Source of the DNA: Aplysia californica
Lineage: Eukaryota
Direction: 5' to 3'
Assembly (NCBI RefSeq): GCF_000002075.1
Contig: NW_004798139.1
Coordinates: 187,334-251,333 of the forward strand
Length of the DNA stretch: 64,000 bases
Shown here: positions 37,659 to 51,000 of the stretch, in pieces
Numbering within the stretch: position 1 is the first letter of the stretch
Layout: each line of letters starts with the position of its first letter
Translations under genes and position numbers: made by a program
The notes under the pieces: model-generated
The model's input: only the letters and a program-made list of their open reading frames with translations
What the model was told of the DNA's origin: nothing
Database searches by the model: none

Positions 37659-40578
37659 AGCTCAGAATAGTTTATGTTGATAAAAAAAGGGGGGGGGGGG
37701 AACAAAGGTAGGGGATCAGAATTCCTGGTTTGATTAAGCCACGGATTTGATGATGATAATGATCAGTTTGGTTAGATCTGTAGAATTGATAACGATAGAG
37801 ATGAGTTTTGTTAGATCAGAAGATTTGATGATGATAATGATAATCACGAAGATTAGTAACAAAAAATTACATTACTGGCCAGACAGCTTGATGGGGAAGC
37901 AATACTTTATTCTTACCTGTTTCCTGTAAATATTGCTGCTGGTGCCATTGATATCTACTCTAGTAATTGTATGCATTTAACAGAAAGTATTTAAAAATTA
38001 TTTCACTGTTTTGTAATTTTCTTTTATCTGATTCCTTGAGGGGTTTTTTATGTTTTGGCATTAATATCAGAAGTTGATTATGCGAAAAATTAAGGTCCGA
38101 TATTTCATTATTAACTTTTATAAAACTTGTTTTAACCTTGCTACTTACTGAACGACTTCATTCATGATTCCGTTAGATTCAAGGATTTGATTTGAGTACA
38201 ACTGTTTTTTGACTAGGAACTAATAGTCAGTTTGTGACTTGGGTAATGACTTGTTTGAATGCCAGTATAATTTATCTTGTTAATAGTGAAATATGTAACA
38301 TAACTTGCTACCTCTTATATAATGGAACCTAAGTCTAAGTGTAAATCTGTTACTACTTTCTATGAGGTTTTTTTAAAATACAAATGCAGCAGACAGCTAT
38401 AGTCTCAGTCCCAACAGTGGAGTATGCATAAAGCAGACATGTTTAATCCGATTACAGCAGTAAACTGAAAGAAAATGAAATCCCATATCTTTTTCCTTCT
38501 ATTTGAGCAACCTCTCGAAACCATTAACCCGGCTAAATCAAAGAAAGATCCTCAAGATTTCATTTTAAGCGGACTTCATTGTATCTGGTTCTGAGTAATT
38601 AGTAATAGGTAAGATCAAGTAATTGAATTTTTTAAACTTCAACTGACTATTGTATAAGCACTTATCAATGCATGAGAAAGAAAGTTGTTCAAAGCAAAAA
38701 TGAAATGGAAATTTATATTTGTGTGGTCATTTTTTTAAAATGATTTTTCTTTGTCTGACAATATTGTTTTATCGAGTTACAAAATGGTTCTGAGGTGAGC
38801 TTATGGATTCAGAAATGCTTTTATTTTGTGTGTTCCTGAAGAGTTTTTACATTCACAGAGCAGGGAAGAAGCAAAGCAGGAATCGTGGATGTTAATGTCT
38901 GTGATCTAATATATCCAAGCATTCACTTTTTTGTTGTTTTGTATCGTATAAAGATTGTATTTTATGTTACCTGTTTCGCTGTACCTCAGTTTGTATTCAT
39001 ATTTTCTATTTACTTAATGATCGGATGAAATGGTAAGGTTTGAGAGAAGGTTGGTTATTGACTCCTCGTGCCTATTATTACAGTAACTTTTCATGGGAAT
39101 CATGAAACTTATAATCTGACTTTTGGAGCTTGTTGTATTTTTTGTTTCTTCCATGACTTTTTTTAGCTTTGTACAGTGGCTTCGACTGTGCAACGGAATG
39201 AGAAAAGCATGGTTGTGAAAATGTATGCATGTAGTCAGGTTTGATTTTTGTGTAAGTTGAAATGTGTGTGCTCGTTCTTGTTGATTTGTGGGTGTGTGAA
39301 AATGAGTGACTACTCTTAAATTGATGTGTGACTTTTCCATTTTTAAGAGTAGTTTTGTGTGTATTTATTGTTGACTGATCTTTGCTGCAGTCCTGTTGTT
39401 GCTGCAGTTGCCTTCTTAGGTTTTGCTATTCCCAGTATCAGACTAACTAGTCATGACCAGAAATATCTCAACATGTTGTTGTGAGTCTTGAATTTTACGT
39501 ACATTAAAGTTGAATTTTTTTTGTATATTTGACTTTGTTTCATTTTGTATGTTGAATGTTTTTTGAAGGAGCTGTAGGGTTTGCTTGCTTAATCAACTAG
39601 TCTTTGACATCTGTTGTTGTTTGCTGGTTCCAAAAACTATGAAGACTCAGTGTTCTTAATGAACTTAATGCTCTTAGAACCGAGATTTCTCAACCCAGTG
39701 AGAGTGCACTGTTTTAAAAGTCAGTGCCCACTTTACTTAGCATATGGCTGAAAGCCAAGGATCCCTACCACTGGTTAAGTACAGTTTGCTCTTGAGAAAA
39801 GGGTTGCTTGAAGGGCATCACTAATATGACCTATTTCTTTACTTTTCCTCTGTTATTTGCGTCTGCCTTCTTTTTGCAAGAATTAGATGGCATCTGTCTT
39901 GTCAATTTAGTTTCTTACTTTAACTCAGCTATCGTATGTTTTCAATATTTATGTTTTCAACCAGTGGACCTACTTTCTGTTTTTTCCTATTCTATTCCCT
40001 CCAGGGTTTACATGATCCCGTTGTTGAACTTGACCTACATGCAAAAGTTTAAGGTTGTAGCCTCCCTAAATGTTTTTCCCCACCTCTCTTTAACAGTTTC
40101 CCTCAGCTTTGTGCTATAACAAGAGGCCACCATTGCTCTGCCTTTGAAGTGCTCCAAACCTTACATGAAGTAATGATTCTGCTATGCTCTACAGATACTG
40201 TTATCATTCCTATGTTTCATCTCAACCAATTTCAGAACTCATTTACTCAGATGAATTGTGGGAATTTGACTGAGGTTAAACCTTAGTATTTTGAGTTATC
40301 TTTTTATTTTTTCCCCTGGTCTGTGGTCTTTGTCGCTTCTTATGGTTCAGAATATCCTGTATTAGAGATAATAGGAAAAAACAGCCTTTCTTTAAATGAT
40401 TTGGTGTTGTCACAAACACGGACTAGAGAGCTATATGTTTATCTATATATAGGTCTAACAGACAAGACTGGTTTTGAATGTGGTCGAACACCAATAGACA
40501 CAGTGGAACAGGAACATATTATTAAGTACATGTATGCTTCATGGGTAAAGGGATGATTCATGAAAAAGTCATCAAACC

Positions 40579-40929
40579 CGTGGCGTCGGTAGTCCAGCGG
40601 TTAGATTACCGGACTTGTAATAATGTGGTTGCAAGCTCGAGGGTTTGAGCGTCAGGCCCGACTTTGTGTCATTGGACAAGGTACTTTACATGAATTTCCT
40701 CATGTCACCCAGGTGGGAATGGGTAGGCCTACCCTGCTAAAGACAGCGAACGATCTTGTCAGTATGTTAGTGTTTTAGGGCCTATAACTGGCAGCTTGAA
40801 CTGGTTGCTTCCCAGGAAGTTGAGATTGTTTCAGAATGCTATCAGGTCTGCTGGAGTAATAGTATGGATTGTAATGCACTTAGAGCTCCCTGTTGAGCGG
40901 GAAGTTGCACCTTACAAATGCTATCTATC

Positions 40930-41001
<72 letters not shown>
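40579..41001 (+). mobile_element. tRNA-derived CORE-like SINE with (ATT)n tail
   Basis: A-box-like tagtccagcggttag head, CORE-like tgtgtcattggacaaggtacttt..tcacccaggtg..aatgggta, L2-like 3' end, then (ATT)n at ~40930-41001. Confidence 0.75.
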
Positions 41002-42741
41002 CCAGGCTGGGGTGACCATCCCCGACCCGGCGGGTCCCAGATGGCGGATAAGGAACAGCCACTGTAATGAAGGTTAGCTGTGAATGTTGAATAAGCAGCC
41101 CATGACCTACTGGCGATGCTCTTATACCAGGACGGGGTGAGGTGGTAGGTGGCACTACCACGTCATTAAATGCCCTAGGAGTCCGCTGACGGGGAGCACC
41201 ATGCGGAAAAAGATTGCATTAAGTCCTGGCTACGGGTGGGATCCGGTAACAATTCCTCGATCCCTGTGCTCCCAGGCAATTTCCTAGGACCTGGAGATGG
41301 AGTGCTAAAATCGGAGGCATTGGGCCGAACGGCGCACTCTAGAGAACCACAATTCCACGTAATACTGCAAAAATGATACTTGAAGCAGATAACTTTAGAT
41401 ATGGTGCTCGCCCTGTGCAGTGCCAGGCCCCAAGCCTCGAAGGGATCCACCCCAGCGACTGGAGGGCCTTCCAAAAATCCATCGTTCTGGAGTGCCAGGA
41501 GAAGAGGAAGAAAAGTGACTGGTAACACAAACACAAAACAGGTGGTAAAAAATCTTAATATCATGCCCTGGAATGCCCAAGGAATCCCAAACAAGAAAAC
41601 AGAGCCGGAAAACTTTCAAAAAGATAACGAAATACACATCAGCTGTATACAGGAAACACACCTGCCAGAGGAGGCAAGCTTTAAGGTGAAAGGATATCAG
41701 TGCTTCAGAACCGATCGCAGAGGTAGAAAGAAAGGAGGAGTATTGACCCTGATAAGAAATAACCTAAATACGGTACCTTTGAAATCAAGAAATATACAGG
41801 AGAGGCTGAGTATATCCAAAACAGGATCACCACCAGCAAAGGCACTATCTGGATCTAGTGAACTGTTATTGTCCAAATGATAAAAACCTTATGCTAGAAA
41901 CCATCGAAGTCCCAGACACAGACTTTCTCATCGCTGGAGATTTCAACAGCCAGTCCCAGAGTTGGGGTTATAACAGACTAGCCAGAAGAGAAGAAGAAAT
42001 AGAAGCCTGGCAAGATGAAAACGATCTGCTTGTGATCACGATCCTTTAGATCAGCCCACATTTTATTCTCGAGCTTGGCATTCAACTACGACTCCAGACA
42101 AAGCACTCGGCACAGAAAACTTGCACAGACATCTTAGTAGAAAAGTGGAAACCCAACTTGGGAGAAGTGACCACCGCCCTGTTCTTCTTACCAAAGTAGA
42201 GAGCCTGCCAGAGGACAGCCAGAAAAGGCCGAGATGGAACGGCAAAAAGGCAGACTGGAGACGTTTCAGCATAAGAACTGATAATGAGCTGACAAAGAAC
42301 ATCGCAGTCTTCAACAAAAATATAAACAATGCCATCACAGAGTTCAATGAAATCATCCTTTAGTCAGCCAAAGAAACCATACCTAGAAGTATAAGGGAAA
42401 ATTACACCCCATACTGAACTCCAGAAAACACATAACGGCCTCATCAAGGCCAGAGAAGAAGCCGAATCACACCCAGGGATAGAAAACAACAAGCTACAGA
42501 GGTGTAAAGCCCGCTATCTCAAAACCAAGTTGGAGTGCACCAGGAAAAGCTGGAGGGACAAAACACACAAATTAAACTCGGAAAAGGACGCCACAAAACT
42601 ATTGAGGCTTGTGGGCTAAACGACGAAGGAAATAAAAGTGCCAAGATCACTCTAGAAGTTGAAGGAGAGATGGGAATGGAGAAAAGGGCAGCACATACCT
42701 TTGTAAAGGCATTATATGCTCAAGAAAGCAACATAAAAATA

Positions 42742-42776
<35 letters not shown>

Positions 42777-43930
42777 CAGACAAGAGGAAGGAAAAGAAAT
42801 ACAAAAACCATCCAGGAAGCAATGAAAAAGGACATCACCATGGAAGAGCTGAAGAAAGCAATAAATCAACTAAAGCAAAGAAAATCACCAGGCCCCGATG
42901 AAATTACAAACGAAATGTTACATCACCTGGGCAACACAGCCTTACAGACTATACTGGATATTTTCAACTTAAGCTGGAAAAATGGGCAAGTACCCCAGTG
43001 CTGGAAAGAAGCAACGATGATCCTGATCCTCAAGCCAGTGAAAAGTAAGGCACGACCATTAAGCTATAGACCTATCAGCCTCACAAGCTGTGTATAATGT
43101 AAGACATAATGTAGCTTGTAGAATGCAGAAGTACCTAGAGGCACAACGCATCCTAGTACCAGAACAAGTTGGATTATGTCAGTTCAGGAGCACAGAGGAC
43201 CAAACAACTTACTTGTCTCAAGTTATAGAGGACTCCTTCCGGGCACAGAAAGTGATGCTAGCAACATTTATTGGTCTACAAAAAGCGTTTGACAAGGTTT
43301 GAAAGGAGGGTTTAATAGTCAAGCTCCTCAGAAGTGGTATCCAAGGCAACATGTACCAATGGACCAGATCCTATCTACACAACCAAAGAGCATGCGTGCT
43401 TGTGGATGGATATCAAGGGCGGAAAATGCTGCTGCGACAAGGAGTACTCCAAGGTGGAGTCATGCCACCTTTGCTCTTTGTCCTCTTCATCAATGACCTC
43501 ATGAAAGAACTACCCAAAGGAATACAAGGCGCATTGTATGAAGACGACCTGGTGGTGCTCTGAGGAATTCGTCACCACTGCCACATATAACATGCAATCA
43601 CTGGACAAACTCACTACATGGACAAAAACCTGGTGGGTAATCGTAAACAAAGAAAAGTCTTCTGCTACACTCTTCACTCTCAACCAGGCTGAGCTTAACA
43701 TCATGAGAAAACTTGCAGGGACTCAGTGGGGGAGCAAATGAGAAAACAATTAGACAGGTCTATCTGTGGCCAATCAGGCCCCATCTGGAGTACGGATCCA
43801 TTGCATGGATGACTGCAGCACAGACTCACAAATATACTCTGGAAAACGTGCAAAATTAACCAGGCTCTCCAAATAATCTCTGGAGCAATGAGGTCAACGC
43901 CAGTAGAAAAGATGGAACAAACAACATCTA
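41002..43930 (+). mobile_element. Decayed non-LTR retrotransposon (APE + RT; I-group/Ingi-like), 5' leader present, 3' end missing
   Basis: APE motifs WNAQG, CIQETHL, RTDR..KGGVLTL, IAGDFNSQS..WG, SDHRPV. RT motifs KSPGPDEITNEML, YRPISLTSC, LQKAFDKV, GVLQGGVMPPLLF, YEDDL, RPHLEYGS. Many stops and frameshifts. Confidence 0.93.
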
Positions 43931-45054
43931 TAGTGGCCCATCTATAGTGCCAGGTGGTTTCCGCGTAGACTTTGCTAACTTTGAGGGCACTGATTACGAA
44001 AATATGACATTAGAATTTTAATCCAAACTCAAAATTAGATTTTTTTTTTTTTAAGCTCCGGCGGGGCCTATGGCTCGTGAGTCACGACCCGGCCCGGCTA
44101 AAATTGAGCAGGCGGCTTTCCAACCGCCAAGTCTTTTGTCGTGGCACGCGTCGTGTCTGTTGACTCAGCCAAACGGACTTTTCATTGGTTTCTTAGAAAA
44201 TAGACGGCGCTCCATTTCAACTACCGACTTTCCGAGAGGCGGACGGAATCGGGTCGGTTGGTGTCCGGTGCAGTGGACACGGGCCCCTATTTACCTAAAA
44301 CGTTCTTTATAAAAATTAAGTGAACTTTTGACTCATTTTGTTTGTTTCATTGCCTTATTTATCAAGATAAAATTGTTATTTGCAAATAAGTTCTGTGCAC
44401 ACAAGCTCTATAATATGCATTTTAAATCCCACAAAACACAAAGTATTTCTATTTATTAATCCAAGTCAAATTGCATGATGACACACAATTTTCGTAAAAC
44501 GCTTACTTTCTTTATTGTACTATCATTGTTAATATTCATTGTATTTAATTTTAATTCAATATTATGGGTTTGTATGCTGATCAAACTATTCGTACAATAA
44601 TGATTGTCTCAAGGCCAATTCAATATTGTGTCGAATGGTAAATTGATATAAAGCTATTTAAATTCTGCGAGCCCTTTGCATTTTGTTGAAAGAGAAAAAA
44701 AAAAAGAAGCTGTTTTTCACGGATAATAATGAAATTGAAATATCGAATTTCGCGAAACGAAGGATACGATACAGGGGAGCAAACCCAAGGCGTTTTTTAA
44801 TAAGCTTGCCAGTTTGTCTACTTTGAATTGTTTAGTTTCAATAAAGGAATTTATAATATCATTCGTTTTGTTATTTTTATTGGCTTTGTATCTCCTTTAA
44901 CATACTCTTCACATAAAACATACTCTTTATAGAGTAGTTTCCAAAAGATTCTGGTTACATTTTGAGGTTCTGGCCTAAATAAATGGACTCGCAGAAAGTT
45001 TGACAACATGGGTACAGTTGTTTGATTCTAAATCTGGTATACATCGTTCTCAAA

Positions 45055-48000
45055 ATGGCGGAGAAAACGAAAGCGAAACGAGCGATTCCTGATGAAGATC
45101 CAGCGGAGAAAAACTCCCCGGAAGACGACGACAGTGAAGATGACTGTATTGGACCAAGTCTCAGCGAAGCAGTAAAACCAAAGAAGCGCAAAGGTTTTGA
45201 TATTTTAATTCTGCTAAGACGTTTTAAGAAAGTGTAGCTTTTATAGTGTGGTAAAGTGAGGCTTACGTTGGAGTTGGACCGGGCACCGTCAGCCATCATC
45301 ATTTCATCAGTTTTTTCCCCAGTTTTTTTCGGTTATGGTAGGCCTAAATTTTGGGCTCTGCGTCTTTGGTATTCTTCGCTTTTGGCCCCAAGAGATCTAC
45401 TGGATATCAATACTGACTTAGCCTTTATATGTGGCTAATTCGGTATCGATGTTTGGCGCTCTTTCTGACATGCCGTTAAACGTAGAAGACGCATCTTTCT
45501 GAGTGGCTGCTAATTTTAGTAATGTGATGTCATCTGGGATACCTACAGACTATTTTATGAAGGCCGTGGAGGTAACGCATAGAATCATACGTGTTTCCAG
45601 TATGTTAATAACATTTCGGAATTCCAGTATTGACACTGCACGAATGTCAACAATTTCCTTCCTTGAGACATTGACGGGTTTGGGCATCCTAATTTTCCGG
45701 TTCACTGCGTCTATTGAATTAATTCTTTGAACGTTTCCTCTAGATCTACCGTAAAAAGAGACTATTCATCATCGGAGCACCGTATCATATCACGTTTGCG
45801 CGATTCCTGGAAAAACATCGCACCAAAGCGTCATGCCATCCCGTTGGCTATATTTGATATAGTCACATGATTGGAGGGGTATTTCGGTCTGACGTCACAC
45901 AAAATCGCCGCCTTACCTAAAAATAGTTTGCGTCCTTCTACGTTTAATCGCATGTCTCTTAAGGTAGCTCCCGCCCCCTTTATTTTAGCCTATTTTATTG
46001 GAAATTTCCAAAATTGAGCTTGAATTTGCTTCAATTTGTTCTCTACTAATTTCATTGGACGAGCATTTAGTCTAGAGCTACGGTACCAACTTGGGGGGCG
46101 CGCTCATATGACCTTAGCAGTTGCGAGCGCCGTAAAACCTTATACTACTACTACTACAACTTGGGGTGTTTTCAATGAGACGTAGGCCTAGATCTAGGCT
46201 AGCCTTAGCCTACACTTCGGTGTAGAACCAACACAGGCAATTCTAGAAGTAGAAGGTCACAAACGCACACAAACTCCAACAGAAATTCATTTTATATCAA
46301 GGAACATAAATCCGAGGGACGGGGGTCAGGAAAAGACACACACACACACACACAGAGGGACGGAGAGGTGAATGCACAACACTGAGCACTCGAGCACAAT
46401 AGGCTAGGTCTACTCACCAACGCGAAAGAGCTCCAATTTACTCAGTGGCAATTGACGCTGCTGTCAATTTTTGTCAATTGCCACTGCGTCACTCTGTGGC
46501 AATTGACGCTACCTTCAATGTAACCACGATTTGATGTTTTGCAATTACATTGTAGGTTTGATATCCCTTGCTCGCCGTGCATCAAACATCATATTGGCAC
46601 TCGCATTGAAAAGTAATTACCAGAAGTAATCGATGGTGGAGCCAAAACCCTTACTCCATTGTTATCGTTGGGGCCAAAACTGGATTATCCCGCATCTTTG
46701 CTCTTAGAGATTAGAGTAGTGTGCCACAACACTTGAATAGTTTTATCAAGGCTAGGAGGGCTTGAGTATTATTAAACTTTCACACCCTTCTCATGTTCAG
46801 ATATTGTAGACCAACTTGTACAGAGCACTTTTCTATGACATGTGTCACGACGCGGAGGAATAAGGCATTGGTCAACATTTGGGACATGTAATGGAGTTAT
46901 TGGTATCATTTTAAATCTTGTTCATTTGTCTTGCTTTCGAAGAAAAATTTACCCAATCTTCAATGGAAGTCGAGATATGTCAAATTGAAGCAGGTGAGGT
47001 CATTTTGTTTCAAAAGTAAAATTAAAGAGAATATGGCCACCAAAGTTTGGCGACTTCCAAAGTTTGAGAGTCATTGGAACCTGTAAATTTACATTTTTGT
47101 AGCTTTAATCAACAATTTTCAGTAAAAGCCACGCAGCAATGTGTTTTTAAATGTCCAGACATAAAAGGTGCTAACAAAGAATGAAAATTCCATTAAAATC
47201 GCCAAATGGGAAGAAAAATGTTGTTTTCTTCTATTTCATTATTTTGATGAGCGCCTGATTTCACCACAATGTCTCACATATAACATGTGTCACAACATGG
47301 TGAAATCAGGTACTCATAAATTTTTTGGCATATGGGGTTATGGTATCATATTAAAGCCTATATATTTGCCTTCCTTTGGGGGAAAAAAATATTCATATAA
47401 TTTTCATAGAAGTCAAAATATTTGTGATTGAAAGGGGTCAGGGTTGCCTGGATTCAGAGGTAAAATTTGCGAGAAAACGGCTGCCAAAGTTAAACGGTGA
47501 TGAGTTGATTTTTAGAATTCAACTCTTGACTACTCGTCGCCTCAGAACTATTTTATCCAAAGTGTACTTAATTAAAGAAGAGGCATTTTGGACAAAATAG
47601 TTCTGAGGCGACGTATTGTATACCAGGTTGGTTTTTTTTTTTGCTTGTGACTTGAATTTACGAATCATGTCTCAAGTGGAGATGAAAGCAGGTGACAATA
47701 GGACTAGAGAACCAGCAAGGAGAACATTTTAGAGAACAAATTTTTCATTTCTGTCAAGTTTTGAACTCGGGACCTATTGAATGAGAGGCAAACACCGTAC
47801 CTTTAGACCACAAGAGTCCTCCCTTGAGGGTTCTATTTTATGAAATTGAAATTGAATAGGTTGAAACGGATGAATATCAAAGCACATCATGAATGCAGTC
47901 TCTTTCACATTACCAGACAAAAGTATGTATTTTATGTTTTAGAGACATTCTACTCTTTAAATGCCTTGACCCTTCTTCTTGTTTATATATCCACACTACA

Positions 48001-51000
48001 CACTCCTCACTAGTCACTGTTTCAGAGTAAAACACTTTGTTTTGCTCTGCCAACTCTGGTCATTGTGCTTGCAGTCACTGAAGACTGATCATAACTACCC
48101 TAACCCCAACTAATAAATTCCGTCCCAAGTATCTAAGACCAGCCATAACATGAAGACTGGGTACATCTTCACTGAACTCACCATATATAAATCCGGACCT
48201 TGTAAATTTTCTTTACAATGTTTCATTTAGGTTTGAATTGTATTCCCCTATGTCCTTTTAGGTACGCATCAGAATACCATTGAGTTACAATCAGAATACT
48301 GAGTATGTATCTTCGGTAACACTATTAAAGTATAATTACTGTTCATTTATATTTAACTATTGTATTATTATGGTTATGAGAGTGTGTTTGCGTATATATG
48401 GATGTGCACATGTGCCTGCGTATGCGTGTGTGTGTGGTGTGTGTGCGTGCGTGGTGAAACACCAAACCAATATGCCAGGATCTGGACAGTTAAGATGTAT
48501 CTTATCTTATCTTATCTTATTCTTTTCTTACTCCTCAGTATTGGCTTTTGAGAAAGTCTACCTGGAAGGTTTACCAAGTGCAGAATATTATGAGAAAAGC
48601 TACATGCACAGGGACATTGTCTCTCATGTTGCTGTCAGCAAGTAAGTCAATTTTTTAAAAATATGTTACCAGTTGGGTAGTTCTCAAGAATTTCAAACTG
48701 TTCATGGTTTTTTAGTTCAGTTTATCTGATTTTTTAAAGTGATAATGATAATGTTAGTTGCTTTTTTTTGCGTTTTATTGTGATTATTTCCTTTCACTGG
48801 TTGAATGTTCTTTCGTAGGCTTATTTTGTAAATGTTTTGTAACCCAAATGTTATTTAATTCAGTGTTGCTTTCTTTTTTCACCTAAGTGGTCTCATCAAT
48901 GTATATTGGATATGGATTTAATAAGTAAATCATAACAAATGAATTATTGTCATATGAATGGAGCCACTTAACTATCTGGTTTGTTCTGAAAGTGGATGTT
49001 TGGAAAGTGGCCTTATATTCTTTATTCTTCCTCTTTTGCTTCTAGAACTGTTTATCAGTCTTGCTTTTTCTTACTGCTAAATGACTGTTTTGTGTTGATA
49101 TGCATCTTTTTAACTCAAATAAACAAACAAATAAACAGTCATCGTTTCTTTGCTAATTGAGTTCTTTGTACGAACCCCAGATCTGGGTTTATCATTACTG
49201 CCAGCGCTGATGGGCATGTCAAGTTCTGGAAGAAATGTGAGGAGGAAGGTATTGAGTTCGTCAAGCATTTCAGGAGTCACTTAGGTATGGAATCAGAAGA
49301 CGATTAATCTATTCAATTGAGATTTATTCCATTGAGAGTATATTTGGATGTGTGCAAAAGTAACAATTTGGCATGAAAAACTGGAGTCTGTCTATTTTAA
49401 AGTTTCCTGTCATGATTTAGTAAGCTCCAGTCATTACTGTGAATTGCCGAAATATAATATGCCGTGGGTGTTGGATTTTGTTATGAGCTTCTAATTTTTG
49501 TGAAAATGGCTTTATTTTCAAAGGAGTGACATTTTGAGGAAAAAATTATTTTGATTAGTCAGATTCTTGACATTTGCAAAACTTTAGAAAAGCTTGTTCT
49601 ACTGTATCTGTATAGATAGAAAATGAATCTACACCGACGGTCTTTTTCCTGTGCATACAAGAGTGAGCAATGGACTTCATGATACATCATGCTTGTAAGT
49701 CAATCGTCATTTTATGTCCCTCTGTTGGCAGGTGTCATCGAAGACTTGGCCATGTCCCCAAACGGGGAACTCTGTGCAACAGTGTCCGCGGACAAAAACG
49801 CAAAAGTCTTTGATGTTGTCAATTTTGGTAAGCAGAGTGTTCTGGTCACTTTATTTATTTAACCCAAACTTTGTGACTGATGAGAGCACGTTTTAAGAAT
49901 ATTGTGAAAGGTCTTTAAAATATTTTTTATCATGAACATGCAAAAAAAACAACCTTTTTGTCAATTGACAAAAATATGGGAAATGATAGTGATGTGGAAG
50001 TCGGCCTTGTCAGTGTTGGAGTACACTTGATGGTGATTTTTTTGCTCCCTGATTGAGCTAGATTGTACTTACTATTGATCTTGCATCACTTTTTATTTTC
50101 AATTGTGTGATATATTAATTGTAGTTGATTTACCATCAACTCGTGATGTATTGGGATGTAAGAAGAAAAGAAAGGTTGACGTTTGCTTTCTCACGTTCTC
50201 GTCCTGAAGTTATGTTTGTTTTACCGGCAGTTATGATTCTGTTAGCAGTAAAGTTTTTGTTTTATCAACTTTTATTTAAGTAAGAAAGAGTAAAGATGAA
50301 TGTGTAACAGTTTATCTGGTTTTGTTTATTGTGCACATATAGTTTTGGAAAATGTGTAGTAAAAATTATGACTGTAGTTACTATGTCATCACATTTATTT
50401 TATGTGGTTACTGAAAGGGTTTAATATTTTTTGTGTTTGCTTTTTTTATGCAGATATGATCTACATGTTGAAACTTGTGCTACTAAAGTCTCCAAATAAA
50501 GTAAAGTTTAATAAAAATTATTGTTTACTTACTTTGTCATCCCATAGTTTTTATCCTTTGCGTTTGCTTCTTTTTTTTTTTCTGCAGATATGATCAACAT
50601 GCTGAAACTGGGGTTTTCTCCCGGCTGTGCTGGTTGGCTGTTCAAGGGAGGAGACCCTATCTCTTCTCTGGCCATGTGAGCTTGACTCTTTTTCTTTCTT
50701 TAAAAAATGTATTTGGAACTGCCGTGTTTTGAAATGGATGTAAATCGGAAGAGGGCGAGTGTTGTTTCGAAAAAGTGAAAAACTGCAAAAAATATTGATT
50801 AATTGGTTAAACTTCTGTATGCTGTTGAAAAAAAAGTGAATCCCAGCGAACTGAACTCATTAGGGCCAGCACATTATGTGGCAAAACATTTTAAAGCAGT
50901 GGAGATTGAAGATAGGACCAGTGATCTAGGGGGAGGGGGGTACTGGAAATCCAAATATTGGAGAAAGCATAATTTTTCAGTAAGCCCCTCACTTTGTATC

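Noticed and set aside
37741-37850. Short ~37 bp tandem repeat with (GAT) runs just after the thiolase stop; possible C/D snoRNA (TGATGA boxes)
   Set aside because: TGATGA arises from the simple repeat, and there is no terminal stem or properly placed D box.
37659-40500. Downstream SCP2-domain exon for the thiolase
   Set aside because: The reading frame ends in TGA directly after SRI, and no SCP2-like coding segment was recognised downstream. RNA data would be needed to exclude alternative splicing fully.
40579-40660. tRNA gene; similar tRNA-like heads at ~25085-25160 and ~47755-47815 (minus)
   Set aside because: No complete cloverleaf and a degenerate B box; at 40579 it is followed by a SINE body.
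41380-41600. Viral-type 2A stop-go peptide as reported in some Ingi-like LINEs
   Set aside because: No D(V/I)ExNPGP motif is present; ATGGP is not a match.
41002-43930. Active or domesticated reverse transcriptase
   Set aside because: Numerous stops and frameshifts, YEDD in place of YADD, an (AG)n expansion at ~42745-42771, and a missing 3' end.
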